This document shows, one piece after another, positions 25,624 to 40,200 of a DNA stretch of 64,000 nt. The translations under genes were made by a program, and so were the position numbers. Source of the DNA: Auanema rhodensis (lineage: Eukaryota > Animalia > Nematoda); contig OZ059898.1 in NCBI GenBank assembly GCA_964057225.1, positions 2,790,001 to 2,854,000 of the forward strand, read 5' to 3'. The number at the start of each line of letters is the position of its first letter. Within the stretch, counting starts at the first letter, position 1. The notes under the pieces were generated by a model that saw only the letters and a list, made by a program, of their open reading frames with translations, was not told where the DNA came from and ran no database searches.

Positions 25624-26325
25624 GCAATGTTGAGTGTACATGGAAACTCAACATACACTAATGCATCATTTTTCAAACGATCATAACTAATTTTTGTATT
25701 AAGCGTTTTTTAATGTAGTATAGTGCATTCGATGCGGATTTTCAAGCTGCGTCGATCTGTGTTATCAGATTTGCGCTAGCTTAAAAATGCACCGAGATAT
25801 CAACTGATATAAGTTCACACTTATATCCTCGATTTTCATCCTGAAGAATTAATTTTTTCGTTGAATAACATTGTCCATCGTCTTTGCCTTGAAAAATGGA
25901 ATCTAAAAACATCTACTTTTTGCTAAATTATTTCGAAATTTTTCGAAAAAATTTTTGTCAAAATGTTTTTGGAAGCAATGTTGAGTGTACATGGAAACTC
26001 AACATACACTAATGCATCATTTTTCAAACGATCATAACTAATTTTTGTATTAAGCGTTTTTCAATGTAGTATAGTGCATTCGATGCGGATTTTTAAGCTG
26101 CGTCGATCTGTGTTATCAGATTTGCGCTAGCTTAAAAATGCACCGAGATATCAACTGATATAAGTTCACACTTATATCCTCGATTTTCATCCTGAAGAAT
26201 TAATTTTTTCGTTGAATAACATTGTCCATCGTCTTTGCCTTGAAAAATCGAAACTAAAAACATCTACTTTTCGCTAAATTATTTTGAAATTTTTCGAAAA
26301 AATTTTTGTCAAAATGTTTTTGGAA

Positions 26326-29300
26326 GCAATGTTGAGTGTACATGGAAACTCAACATACACTAATGCATCATTTTTCAAACGATCATAACTAATTTTTGTA
26401 TTAAGCGTTTTTCAATGTAGTATAGTGCATTCGATGCGGATTTTTAAGCTGCGTCGATCTGTGTTATCAGATTTGCGCTAGCTTAAAAATGCACCGAGAT
26501 ATCAACTGATACAAGTTCACACTTATATCCTCGATTTTCATCCTGAAGAATTAATTTTTTCGTTGAATAACATTGTCCATCGTCTTCGCCTTGAAAAAAG
26601 GAATCTAAAAACATCTACTTTTTGCTAAATTATTTTGAAATTTTCCGAAAAAATTTTTGTCAAAATGTTTTTGGAAGCAATGTTGAGTGTACATGGAAAC
26701 TCAACATACACTAATGCATCATTTTTCAAACGATCATAACTAATTTTTGTATTAAGCGTTTTTCAATGTAGTATAGTGCATTCGATGCGGATTTCTGAGC
26801 TGCGTCGATCTGTGTTATCAGATTTGCGCTAGCTTAAAAATGCACCGAGATATCAACTGATATAAGTTCACACTTATATCCTCGATTTTCATCCTGAAGA
26901 ATTAATTTTTTCGTTGAATAACATTGTCCATCGTCTTTGCCTTGAAAAATCGAATCTAAAAACATCTACTTTTCGCTAAATTATTTTGAAATTTTTCGAA
27001 AAAATTTTTGTCAAAATGTTTTTGGAAGCAATGTTGAGTGTACATGGAAACTCAACATACACTAATGCATCATTTTTCAAACGATCATAACTAATTTTTG
27101 TATTAAGCGTTTTTCAATGTAGTATAGTGCATTCGATGCGGATTTTCAAGCTGCGTCGATCTGTGTTATCAGATTTGCGCTAGCTTAAAAATGCACCGAG
27201 ATATCAACTGATATAAGTTCACACTTATATCCTCGATTTTCATCCTGAAGAATTAATTTTTTCGTTGAATAACATTGTCCATCGTCTTTGCCTTGAAAAA
27301 TGGAATCTAAAAACATCTACTTTTTGCTAAATTATTTCGAAATTTTTCGAAAAAATTTTTGTCAAAATGTTTTTGGAAGCAATGTTGAGTGTACATGGAA
27401 ACTCAACATACACTAATGCATCATTTTTCAAACGATCAGAACTCATTTTTGTATTAAGCGTTTTTCAATGTAGTATAGTGCATTCGATGCGGATTTTTAA
27501 GCTGCGTCGATCTGTGTTATCAGATTTGCGCTAGCTTAAAAATGCACCGAGATATCAACTGATATAAGTTCACACTTATATCCTCGATTTTCATCCTGAA
27601 GAATTAATTTTTTCGTTGAATAACATTGTCCATCGTCTTTGCCTTGAAAAATCGAAACTAAAAACATCTACTTTTCGCAAAATTATTTTGAAATTTTTCG
27701 AAAAAATTTTTGTCAAAATGTTTTTGGAAGCAATGTTGAGTGTACATGGAAACTCAACATACACTAATGCATCATTTTTCAAACGATCATAACTAATTTT
27801 TGTATCAAGCGTTTTTCAATGTAGTATAGTGCATTCGATGCGGATTTTTAAGCTGCGTCGATCTGTGTTATCAGATTTGCGCTAGCTTAAAAATGCACCG
27901 AGATATCAACTGATACAAGTTCACACTTATATCCTCGATTTTCACCCTGAAGAAATAATTTTTTCGTTGAATAACATTGTCCATCGTCTTTGCCTTGAAA
28001 AAAGGATTCTAAAAACATCTACTTTTTTCTAAATTATTTTGAAATTTTTCGAAAAAATTTTTGTCAAAATGTTTTTGGAAGCAATGTTGAGTGTACATGG
28101 AAACTCAACATACACTAATGCATCATTTTTCAAACGATCATAACTAATTTTTGTATTAAGCGTTTTTCAATGTAGTATAGTGCATTCGATGCGGATTTTT
28201 AAGCTGCGTCGATCTGTGTTATCAGATTTGCGCTAGCTTAAAAATGCACCGAGATATCAACTGATATAAGTTCACACTTATATCCTCGATTTTCATCCTG
28301 AAGAATTAATTTTTTCGTTGAATAACATTGTCCATCGTCTTTGCCTTGAAAAATCGAAACTAAAAACATCTACTTTTCGCTAAATTATTTTGAAATTTTT
28401 CGAAAAAATTTTTGTCAAAATGTTTTTGGAAGCAATGTTGAGTGTACATGGAAACTCAACATACACTAATGCATCATTTTTCAAACGATCATAACTAATT
28501 TTTGTATCAAGCGTTTTTCAATGTAGTATAGTGCATTCGATGCGGATTTTTAAGCTGCGTCGATCTGTGTTATCAGATTTGCGCTAGCTTAAAAATGCAC
28601 CGAGATATCAACTGATACAAGTTCACACTTATATCCTCGATTTTCACCCTGAAGAAATAATTTTTTCGTTGAATAACATTGTCCATCGTCTTTGCCTTGA
28701 AAAAAGGATTCTAAAAACATCTACTTTTTTCTAAATTATTTTGAAATTTTTCGAAAAAATTTTTGTCAAAATGTTTTTGGAAGCAATGTTGAGTGTACAT
28801 GGAAACTCAACATACACTAATGCATCATTTTTCAAACGATCATAACTAATTTTTGTATTAAGCGTTTTTCAATGTAGTATAGTGCATTCGATGCGGATTT
28901 TTAAGCTGCGTCGATCTGTGTTATCAGATTTGCGCTAGCTTAAAAATGCACCGAGATATCAACTGATACAAGTTCACACTTATATCCTCGATTTTCATCC
29001 TGAAGAATTAATTTTTTCGTTGAATAACATTGTCCATCGTCTTCGCCTTGAAAAAAGGAATCTAAAAACATCTACTTTTTGCTAAATTATTTTGAAATTT
29101 TCCGAAAAAATTTTTGTCAAAATGTTTTTGGAAGCAATGTTGAGTGTACATGGAAACTCAACATACACTAATGCATCATTTTTCAAACGATCATAACTAA
29201 TTTTTGTATTAAGCGTTTTTCAATGTAGTATAGTGCATTCGATGCGGATTTCTAAGCTGCGTCGATCTGTGTTATCAGATTTGCGCTAGCTTAAAAATGC

Positions 29301-31239
29301 ACCGAGATATCAACTGATATAAGTTCACACTTATATCCTCGATTTTCATCCTGAAGAATTAATTTTTTCGTTGAATAACATTGTCCATCGTCTTTGCCTT
29401 GAAAAATCGAATCTAAAAACATCTACTTTTCGCTAAATTATTTTGAAATTTTTCGAAAAAATTTTTGTCAAAATGTTTTTGGAAGCAATGTTGAGTGTAC
29501 ATGGAAACTCAACATACACTAATGCATCATTTTTCAAACGATCATAACTAATTTTTGTATTAAGCGTTTTTCAATGTAGTATAGTGCATTCGATGCGGAT
29601 TTTCAAGCTGCGTCGATCTGTGTTATCAGATTTGCGCTAGCTTAAAAATGCACCGAGATATCAACTGATATAAGTTCACACTTATATCCTCGATTTTCAT
29701 CCTGAAGAATTAATTTTTTCGTTGAATAACATTGTCCATCGTCTTTGCCTTGAAAAATGGAATCTAAAAACATCTACTTTTTGCTAAATTATTTCGAAAT
29801 TTTTCGAAAAAATTTTTGTCAAAATGTTTTTGGAAGCAATGTTGAGTGTACATGGAAACTCAACATACACTAATGCATCATTTTTCAAACGATCAGAACT
29901 AATTTTTGTATTAAGCGTTTTTCAATGTAGTATAGTGCATTCGATGCGGATTTTTAAGCTGCGTCGATCTGTGTTATCAGATTTGCGCTAGCTTAAAAAT
30001 GCACCGAGATATCAACTGATATAAGTTCACACTTATATCCTCGATTTTCATCCTGAAGAATTAATTTTTTCGTTGAATAACATTGTCCATCGTCTTTGCC
30101 TTGAAAAATCGAAACTAAAAACATCTACTTTTCGCTAAATTATTTTGAAATTTTTCGAAAAAATTTTTGTCAAAATGTTTTTGGAAGCAATGTTGAGTGT
30201 ACATGGAAACTCAACATACACTAATGCATCATTTTTCAAACGATCATAACTAATTTTTGTATCAAGCGTTTTTCAATGTAGTATAGTGCATTCGATGCGG
30301 ATTTTTAAGCTGCGTCGATCTGTGTTATCAGATTTGCGCTAGCTTAAAAATGCACCGAGATATCAACTGATACAAGTTCACACTTATATCCTCGATTTTC
30401 ACCCTGAAGAAATAATTTTTTCGTTGAATAACATTGTCCATCGTCTTTGCCTTGAAAAAAGGATTCTAAAAACATCTACTTTTTTCTAAATTATTTTGAA
30501 ATTTTTCGAAAAAATTTTTGTCAAAATGTTTTTGGAAGCAATGTTGAGTGTACATGGAAACTCAACATACACTAATGCATCATTTTTCAAACGATCATAA
30601 CTAATTTTTGTATTAAGCGTTTTTCAATGTAGTATAGTGCATTCGATGCGGATTTTTAAGCTGCGTCGATCTGTGTTATCAGATTTGCGCTAGCTTAAAA
30701 ATGCACCGAGATATCAACTGATATAAGTTCACACTTATATCCTCGATTTTCATCCTGAAGAATTAATTTTTTCGTTGAATAACATTGTCCATCGTCTTTG
30801 CCTTGAAAAATCGAAACTAAAAACATCTACTTTTCGCTAAATTATTTTGAAATTTTTCGAAAAAATTTTTGTCAAAATGTTTTTGGAAGCAATGTTGAGT
30901 GTACATGGAAACTCAACATACACTAATGCATCATTTTTCAAACGATCATAACTAATTTTTGTATCAAGCGTTTTTCAATGTAGTATAGTGGATTCGATGC
31001 GGATTTTTAAGCTGCGTCGATCTGTGTTATCAGATTTGCGCTAGCTTAAAAATGCACCGAGATATCAACTGATACAAGTTCACACTTATATCCTCGATTT
31101 TCACCCTGAAGAAATAATTTTTTCGTTGAATAACATTGTCCATCGTCTTTGCCTTGAAAAAAGGATTCTAAAAACATCTACTTTTTTCTAAATTATTTTG
31201 AAATTTTTCGAAAAAATTTTTGTCAAAATGTTTTTGGAA
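26326..31239. repeat. Tandem duplication of a 7-monomer block (2457 bp x2)
   Basis: Monomers 76-82 match 83-89 type by type. The rare allele T61G (GATCAGAACT) is at 27439 and 29896, exactly 2457 bp apart. Confidence 0.85.
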
Positions 31240-34200
31240 GCAATGTTGAGTGTACATGGAAACTCAACATACACTAATGCATCATTTTTCAAACGATCAT
31301 AACTAATTTTTGTATTAAGCGTTTTTCAATGTAGTATAGTGCATTCGATGCGGATTTTCAAGCTGCGTCGATCTGTGTTATCAGATTTGCGCTAGCTTAA
31401 AAATGCACCGAGATATCAACTGATATAAGTTCACACTTATATCCTCGATTTTCATCCTGAAGAAATAATTTTTTCGTTGAATAACATTGTCCATCGTCTT
31501 TGCCTTGAAAAATGGAATCTAAAAACATCTACTTTTTGCTAAATTATTTCGAAATTTTTCGAAAAAATTTTTGTCAAAATGTTTTTGGAAGCAATGTTGA
31601 GTGTACATGGAAACTCAACATACACTAATGCATCATTTTTCAAACGATCATAACTAATTTTTGTATTAAGCGTTTTTCAATGTAGTATAGTGCATTCGAT
31701 GCGGATTTTTAAGCTGCGTCGATCTGTGTTATCAGATTTGCGCTAGCTTAAAAATGCACCGAGATATCAACTGATATAAGTTCACACTTATATCCTCGAT
31801 TTTCATCCTGAAGAATTAATTTTTTCGTTGAATAACATTGTCCATCGTCTTTGCCTTGAAAAATCGAAACTAAAAACATCTACTTTTCGCTAAATTATTT
31901 TGAAATTTTTCGAAAAAATTTTTGTCAAAATGTTTTTGGAAGCAATGTTGAGTGTACATGGAAACTCAACATACACTAATGCATCATTTTTCAAACGATC
32001 ATAACTAATTTTTGTATCAAGCGTTTTTCAATGTAGTATAGTGCATTCGATGCGGATTTTTAAGCTGCGTCGATCTGTGTTATCAGATTTGCGCTAGCTT
32101 AAAAATGCACCGAGATATCAACTGATACAAGTTCACACTTATATCCTCGATTTTCACCCTGAAGAAATAATTTTTTCGTTGAATAACATTGTCCATCGTC
32201 TTTGCCTTGGAAAAAGGATTCTAAAAACATCTACTTTTTGCTAAATTATTTTGAAATTTTTCGAAAAAATTTTTGTCAAAATGTTTTTGGAAGCAATGTT
32301 GAGTGTACATGGAAACTCAACATACACTAATGCATCATTTTTCAAACGATCATAACTAATTTTTGTATCAAGCGTTTTTCAATGTAGTATAGTGCATTCG
32401 ATGCGGATTTTTAAGCTGCGTCGATCTGTGTTATCAGATTTGCGCTAGCTTAAAAATGCACCGAGATATCAACTGATACAAGTTCACACTTATATCCTCG
32501 ATTTTCACCCTGAAGAAATAATTTTTTCGTTGAATAACATTGTCCATCGTCTTTGCCTTGAAAAAAGGATTCTAAAAACATCTACTTTTTGCTAAATTAT
32601 TTTGAAATTTTTCGAAAAAATTTTTGTCAAAATGTTTTTGGAAGCAGTGTTGAGTGTACATGGAAACTCAACATACACTAATGCATCATTTTTCAAACGA
32701 TCATAACTAATTTTTGTATTAAGCGTTTTTCAATGTAGTATAGTGCATTCGATGCGGATTTTTAAGCTGCGTCGATCTGTGTTATCAGATTTGCGCTAGC
32801 TTAAAAATGCACCGAGATATCAACTGATATAAGTTCACACTTATATCCTCGATTTTCACCCTGAAGAAATAATTTTTTCGTTGAATAACATTGTCCATCG
32901 TCTTTGCCTTGAAAAATCGAAACTAAAAACATCTACTTTTTGCTAAATTATTTTGAAATTTTTCGAAAAAATTTTTGTCAAAATGTTTTTGGAAGCAATG
33001 TTGAGTGTACATGGAAACTCAACATACACTAATGCATCATTTTTCAAACGATCATAACTAATTTTTGTATTAAGCGTTTTTCAATGTAGTATAGTGCATT
33101 CGATGCGGATTTTTAAGCTGCGTCGATCTGTGTTATCAGATTTGCGCTAGCTTAAAAATGCACCGAGATATCAACTGATACAAGTTCACACTTATATCCT
33201 CGATTTTCACCCTGAAGAAATAATTTTTTCGTTGAATAACATTGTCCATCGTCTTTGCCTTGAAAAAAGGATTCTAAAAACATCTACTTTTTGCTAAATT
33301 ATTTTGAAATTTTTCGAAAAAATTTTTGTCAAAATGTTTTTGGAAGCAGTGTTGAGTGTACATGGAAACTCAACATACACTAATGCATCATTTTTCAAAC
33401 GATCATAACTAATTTTTGTATTAAGCGTTTTTCAATGTAGTATAGTGCATTCGATGCGGATTTTTAAGCTGCGTCGATCTGTGTTATCAGATTTGCGCTA
33501 GCTTAAAAATGCACCGAGATATCAACTGATATAAGTTCACACTTATATCCTCGATTTTCACCCTGAAGAAATAATTTTTTCGTTGAATAACATTGTCCAT
33601 CGTCTTTGCCTTGAAAAAAGGAATCTAAAAACATCTACTTTTTGCTAAATTATTTTGAAATTTTTCGAAAAAATTTTTGTCAAAATGTTTTTGGAAGCAG
33701 TGTTGAGTGTACATGGAAACTCAACATACACTAATGCATCATTTTTCAAACGATCATAACTAATTTTTGTATTAAGCGTTTTTCAATGTAGTATAGTGCA
33801 TTCGATGCGGATTTTTAAGCTGCGTCGATCTGTGTTATCAGATTTGCGCTAGCTTAAAAATGCACCGAGATATCAACTGATATAAGTTCACACTTATATC
33901 CTCGATTTTCACCCTGAAGAAATAATTTTTTCGTTGAATAACATTGTCCATCGTCTTTGCCTTGAAAAAAGGAATCTAAAAACATCTACTTTTTGCTAAA
34001 TTATTTTGAAATTTTTCGAAAAAATTTTTGTCAAAATGTTTTTGGAAGCAATGTTGAGTGTACATGGAAACTCAACATACACTAATGCATCATTTTTCAA
34101 ACGATCATAACTTATTTTTGTATTAAGCTTTTCTCAATGTAGTATAGTTCATTCGATGCGGATTTTTAAGCTGCGTCGATCTGTGTTATCAGATTTGCGC

Positions 34201-37200
34201 TAGCTTAAAAATGCACCGAGATATCAACTGATATAAGTTCACACTTATATCCTCGATTTTCACCCTGAAGAAATAATTTTTTCGTTGAATAACATTGTCC
34301 ATCGTCTTTGCCTTGAAAAAAGGAATCTAAAAACATCTACTTTTTGCTAAATTATTTTGAAATTTTCCGAAAAAATTTTTGTCAAAATGTTTTTGGAAGC
34401 AATGTTGAGTGTACATGGAAACTCAACATACACTAATGCATCATTTTTCAAACGATCATAACTAATTTTTGTATTAAGCGTTTTTCAATGTAGTATAGTG
34501 CATTCGATGCGGATTTCTAAGCTGCGTCGATCTGTGTTATCAGATTTGCGCTAGCTTAAAAATGCACCGAGATATCAACTGATATAAGTTCACACTTATA
34601 TCCTCGATTTTCATCCTGAAGAATTAATTTTTTCGTTGAATAACATTGTCCATCGTCTTTGCCTTGAAAAATCGAATCTAAAAACATCTACTTTTCGCTA
34701 AATTATTTTGAAATTTTTCGAAAAAATTTTTGTCAAAATGTTTTTGGAAGCAATGTTGAGTGTACATGGAAACTCAACATACACTAATGCATCATTTTTC
34801 AAACGATCATAACTTATTTTTGTATTAAGCTTTTCTCAATGTAGTATAGTGCATTCGATGCGGATTTTTAAGCTGCGTCGATCTGTGTTATCAGATTTGC
34901 GCTAGCTTAAAAATGCACCGAGATATCAACTGATATAAGTTCACACTTATATCCTCGATTTTCACCCTGAAGAAATAATTTTTTCGTTGAATAACATTGT
35001 CCATCGTCTTCGCCTTGAAAAAAGGAATCTAAAAACATCTACTTTTTGCTAAATTATTTTGAAATTTTCCGAAAAAATTTTTGTCAAAATGTTTTTGGAA
35101 GCAATGTTGAGTGTACATGGAAACTCAACATACACTAATGCATCATTTTTCAAACGATCATAACTAATTTTTGTATTAAGCGTTTTTCAATGTAGTATAG
35201 TGCATTCGATGCGGATTTTTAAGCTGCGTCGATCTGTGTTATCAGATTTGCGCTAGCTTAAAAATGCACCGAGATATCAACTGATATAAGTTCACACTTA
35301 TATCCTCGATTTTCATCCTGAAGAATTAATTTTTTGTTGAATAACATTGTCCATCGTCTTTGCCTTGAAAAATCGAAACTAAAAACATCTACTTTTCGCT
35401 AAATTATTTTGAAATTTTTCGAAAAAATTTTTGTCAAAATGTTTTTGGAAGCAATGTTGAGTGTACATGGAAACTCAACATACACTAATGCATCATTTTT
35501 CAAACGATCATAACTAATTTTTGTATCAAGCGTTTTTCAATGTAGTATAGTGCATTCGATGCGGATTTTTAAGCTGCGTCGATCTGTGTTATCAGATTTG
35601 CGCTAGCTTAAAAATGCACCGAGATATCAACTGATACAAGTTCACACTTATATCCTCGATTTTCACCCTGAAGAAATAATTTTTTCGTTGAATAACATTG
35701 TCCATCGTCTTTGCCTTGGAAAAAGGATTCTAAAAACATCTACTTTTTGCTAAATTATTTTGAAATTTTTCGAAAAAATTTTTGTCAAAATGTTTTTGGA
35801 AGCAGTGTTGAGTGTACATGGAAACTCAACATACACTAATGCATCATTTTTCAAACGATCATAACTAATTTTTGTATTAAGCGTTTTTCAATGTAGTATA
35901 GTGCATTCGATGCGGATTTTTAAGCTGCGTCGATCTGTGTTATCAGATTTGCGCTAGCTTAAAAATGCACCGAGATATCAACTGATACAAGTTCACACTT
36001 ATATCCTCGATTTTCACCCTGAAGAAATAATTTTTTCGTTGAATAACATTGTCCATCGTCTTTGCCTTGAAAAAAGGATTCTAAAAACATCTACTTTTTG
36101 CTAAATTATTTTGAAATTTTTCGAAAAAATTTTTGTCAAAATGTTTTTGGAAGCAATGTTGAGTGTACATGGAAACTCAACATACACTAATGCATCATTT
36201 TTCAAACGATCATAACTTATTTTTGTATTAAGCTTTTCTCAATGTAGTATAGTTCATTCGATGCGGATTTTTAAGCTGCGTCGATCTGTGTTATCAGATT
36301 TGCGCTAGCTTAAAAATGCACCGAGATATCAACTGATATAAGTTCACACTTATATCCTCGATTTTCACCCTGAAGAAATAATTTTTTCGTTGAATAACAT
36401 TGTCCATCGTCTTTGCCTTGAAAAAAGGAATCTAAAAACATCTACTTTTTGCTAAATTATTTTGAAATTTTCCGAAAAAATTTTTGTCAAAATGTTTTTG
36501 GAAGCAATGTTGAGTGTACATGGAAACTCAACATACACTAATGCATCATTTTTCAAACGATCATAACTAATTTTTGTATTAAGCGTTTTTCAATGTAGTA
36601 TAGTGCATTCGATGCGGATTTTTAAGCTGCGTCGATCTGTGTTATCAGATTTGCGCTAGCTTAAAAATGCACCGAGATATCAACTGATATAAGTTCACAC
36701 TTATATCCTCGATTTTCACCCTGAAGAAATAATTTTTTCGTTGAATAACATTGTCCATCGTCTTTGCCTTGAAAAAAGGAATCTAAAAACATCTACTTTT
36801 TGCTAAATTATTTTGAAATTTTTCGAAAAAATTTTTGTCAAAATGTTTTTGGAAGCAATGTTGAGTGTACATGGAAACTCAACATACACTAATGCATCAT
36901 TTTTCAAACGATCATAACTTATTTTTGTATTAAGCTTTTCTCAATGTAGTATAGTGCATTCGATGCGGATTTTTAAGCTGCGTCGATCTGTGTTATCAGA
37001 TTTGCGCTAGCTTAAAAATGCACCGAGATATCAACTGATATAAGTTCACACTTATATCCTCGATTTTCACCCTGAAGAAATAATTTTTTCGTTGAATAAC
37101 ATTGTCCATCGTCTTTGCCTTGAAAAAAGGAATCTAAAAACATCTACTTTTTGCTAAATTATTTTGAAATTTTCCGAAAAAATTTTTGTCAAAATGTTTT

Positions 37201-40200
37201 TGGAAGCAATGTTGAGTGTACATGGAAACTCAACATACACTAATGCATCATTTTTCAAACGATCATAACTAATTTTTGTATTAAGCGTTTTTCAATGTAG
37301 TATAGTGCATTCGATGCGGATTTTTAAGCTGCGTCGATCTGTGTTATCAGATTTGCGCTAGCTTAAAAATGCACCGAGATATCAACTGATATAAGTTCAC
37401 ACTTATATCCTCGATTTTCATCCTGAAGAATTAATTTTTTCGTTGAATAACATTGTCCATCGTCTTTGCCTTGAAAAATCGAATCTAAAAACATCTACTT
37501 TTCGCTAAATTATTTTGAAATTTTTCGAAAAAATTTTTGTCAAAATGTTTTTGGAAGCAATGTTGAGTGTACATGGAAACTCAACATACACTAATGCATC
37601 ATTTTTCAAACGATCATAACTTATTTTTGTATCAAGCGTTTTTCAATGTAGTATAGTGCATTCGATGCGGATTTTTAAGCTGCGTCGATCTGTGTTATCA
37701 GATTTGCGCTAGCTTAAAAATGCACCGAGATATCAACTGATACAAGTTCACACTTATATCCTCGATTTTCACCCTGAAGAAATAATTTTTTCGTTGAATA
37801 ACATTGTCCATCGTCTTTGCCTTGGAAAAAGGATTCTAAAAACATCTACTTTTTGCTAAATTATTTTGAAATTTTTCGAAAAAATTTTTGTCAAAATGTT
37901 TTTGGAAGCAATGTTGAGTGTACATGGAAACTCAACATACACTAATGCATCATTTTTCAAACGATCATAACTAATTTTTGTATCAAGCGTTTTTCAATGT
38001 AGTATAGTGCATTCGATGCGGATTTTTAAGCTGCGTCGATCTGTGTTATCAGATTTGCGCTAGCTTAAAAATGCACCGAGATATCAACTGATACAAGTTC
38101 ACACTTATATCCTCGATTTTCATCCTGAAGAATTAATTTTTTCGTTGAATAACATTGTCCATCGTCTTTGCCTTGAAAAAAGGATTCTAAAAACATCTAC
38201 TTTTTGCTAAATTATTTTGAAATTTTTCGAAAAAATTTTTGTCAAAATGTTTTTGGAAGCAGTGTTGAGTGTACATGGAAACTCAACATACACTAATGCA
38301 TCATTTTTCAAACGATCATAACTAATTTTTGTATTAAGCGTTTTTCAATGTAGTATAGTGCATTCGATGCGGATTTTTAAGCTGCGTCGATCTGTGTTAT
38401 CAGATTTGCGCTAGCTTAAAAATGCACCGAGATATCAACTGATATAAGTTCACACTTATATCCTCGATTTTCACCCTGAAGAATTAATTTTTTCGTTGAA
38501 TAACATTGTCCATCGTCTTTGCCTTGAAAAATCGAAACTAAAAACATCTACTTTTTGCTAAATTATTTTGAAATTTTTCGAAAAAATTTTTGTCAAAATG
38601 TTTTTGGAAGCAGTGTTGAGTGTACATGGAAACTCAACATACACTAATGCATCATTTTTCAAACGATCATAACTAATTTTTGTATTAAGCGTTTTTCAAT
38701 GTAGTATAGTGCATTCGATGCGGATTTTTAAGCTGCGTCGATCTGTGTTATCAGATTTGCGCTAGCTTAAAAATGCACCGAGATATCAACTGATATAAGT
38801 TCACACTTATATCCTCGATTTTCACCCTGAAGAAATAATTTTTTCGTTGAATAACATTGTCCATCGTCTTTGCCTTGAAAAAAGGAATCTAAAAACATCT
38901 ACTTTTTGCTAAATTATTTTGAAATTTTTCGAAAAAATTTTTGTCAAAATGTTTTTGGAAGCAATGTTGAGTGTACATGGAAACTCAACATACACTAATG
39001 CATCATTTTTCAAACGATCATAACTTATTTTTGTATTAAGCTTTTCTCAATGTAGTATAGTGCATTCGATGCGGATTTTTAAGCTGCGTCGATCTGTGTT
39101 ATCAGATTTGCGCTAGCTTAAAAATGCACCGAGATATCAACTGATATAAGTTCACACTTATATCCTCGATTTTCACCCTGAAGAAATAATTTTTTCGTTG
39201 AATAACATTGTCCATCGTCTTTGCCTTGAAAAAAGGAATCTAAAAACATCTACTTTTTGCTAAATTATTTTGAAATTTTCCGAAAAAATTTTTGTCAAAA
39301 TGTTTTTGGAAGCAATGTTGAGTGTACATGGAAACTCAACATACACTAATGCATCATTTTTCAAACGATCATAACTAATTTTTGTATTAAGCGTTTTTCA
39401 ATGTAGTATAGTGCATTCGATGCGGATTTCTAAGCTGCGTCGATCTGTGTTATCAGATTTGCGCTAGCTTAAAAATGCACCGAGATATCAACTGATATAA
39501 GTTCACACTTATATCCTCGATTTTCATCCTGAAGAATTAATTTTTTCGTTGAATAACATTGTCCATCGTCTTTGCCTTGAAAAATCGAATCTAAAAACAT
39601 CTACTTTTCGCTAAATTATTTTGAAATTTTTCGAAAAAATTTTTGTCAAAATGTTTTTGGAAGCAATGTTGAGTGTACATGGAAACTCAACATACACTAA
39701 TGCATCATTTTTCAAACGATCATAACTTATTTTTGTATTAAGCTTTTCTCAATGTAGTATAGTGCATTCGATGCGGATTTTTAAGCTACGTCGATCTGTG
39801 TTATCAGATTTGCGCTAGCTTAAAAATGCACCGAGATATCAACTGATATAAGTTCACACTTATATCCTCGATTTTCACCCTGAAGAAATAATTTTTTCGT
39901 TGAATAACATTGTCCATCGTCTTCGCCTTGAAAAAAGGAATCTAAAAACATCTACTTTTTGCTAAATTATTTTGAAATTTTCCGAAAAAATTTTTGTCAA
40001 AATGTTTTTGGAAGCAATGTTGAGTGTACATGGAAACTCAACATACACTAATGCATCATTTTTCAAACGATCATAACTAATTTTTGTATTAAGCGTTTTT
40101 CAATGTAGTATAGTGCATTCGATGCGGATTTCTAAGCTGCGTCGATCTGTGTTATCAGATTTGCGCTAGCTTAAAAATGCACCGAGATATCAACTGATAT

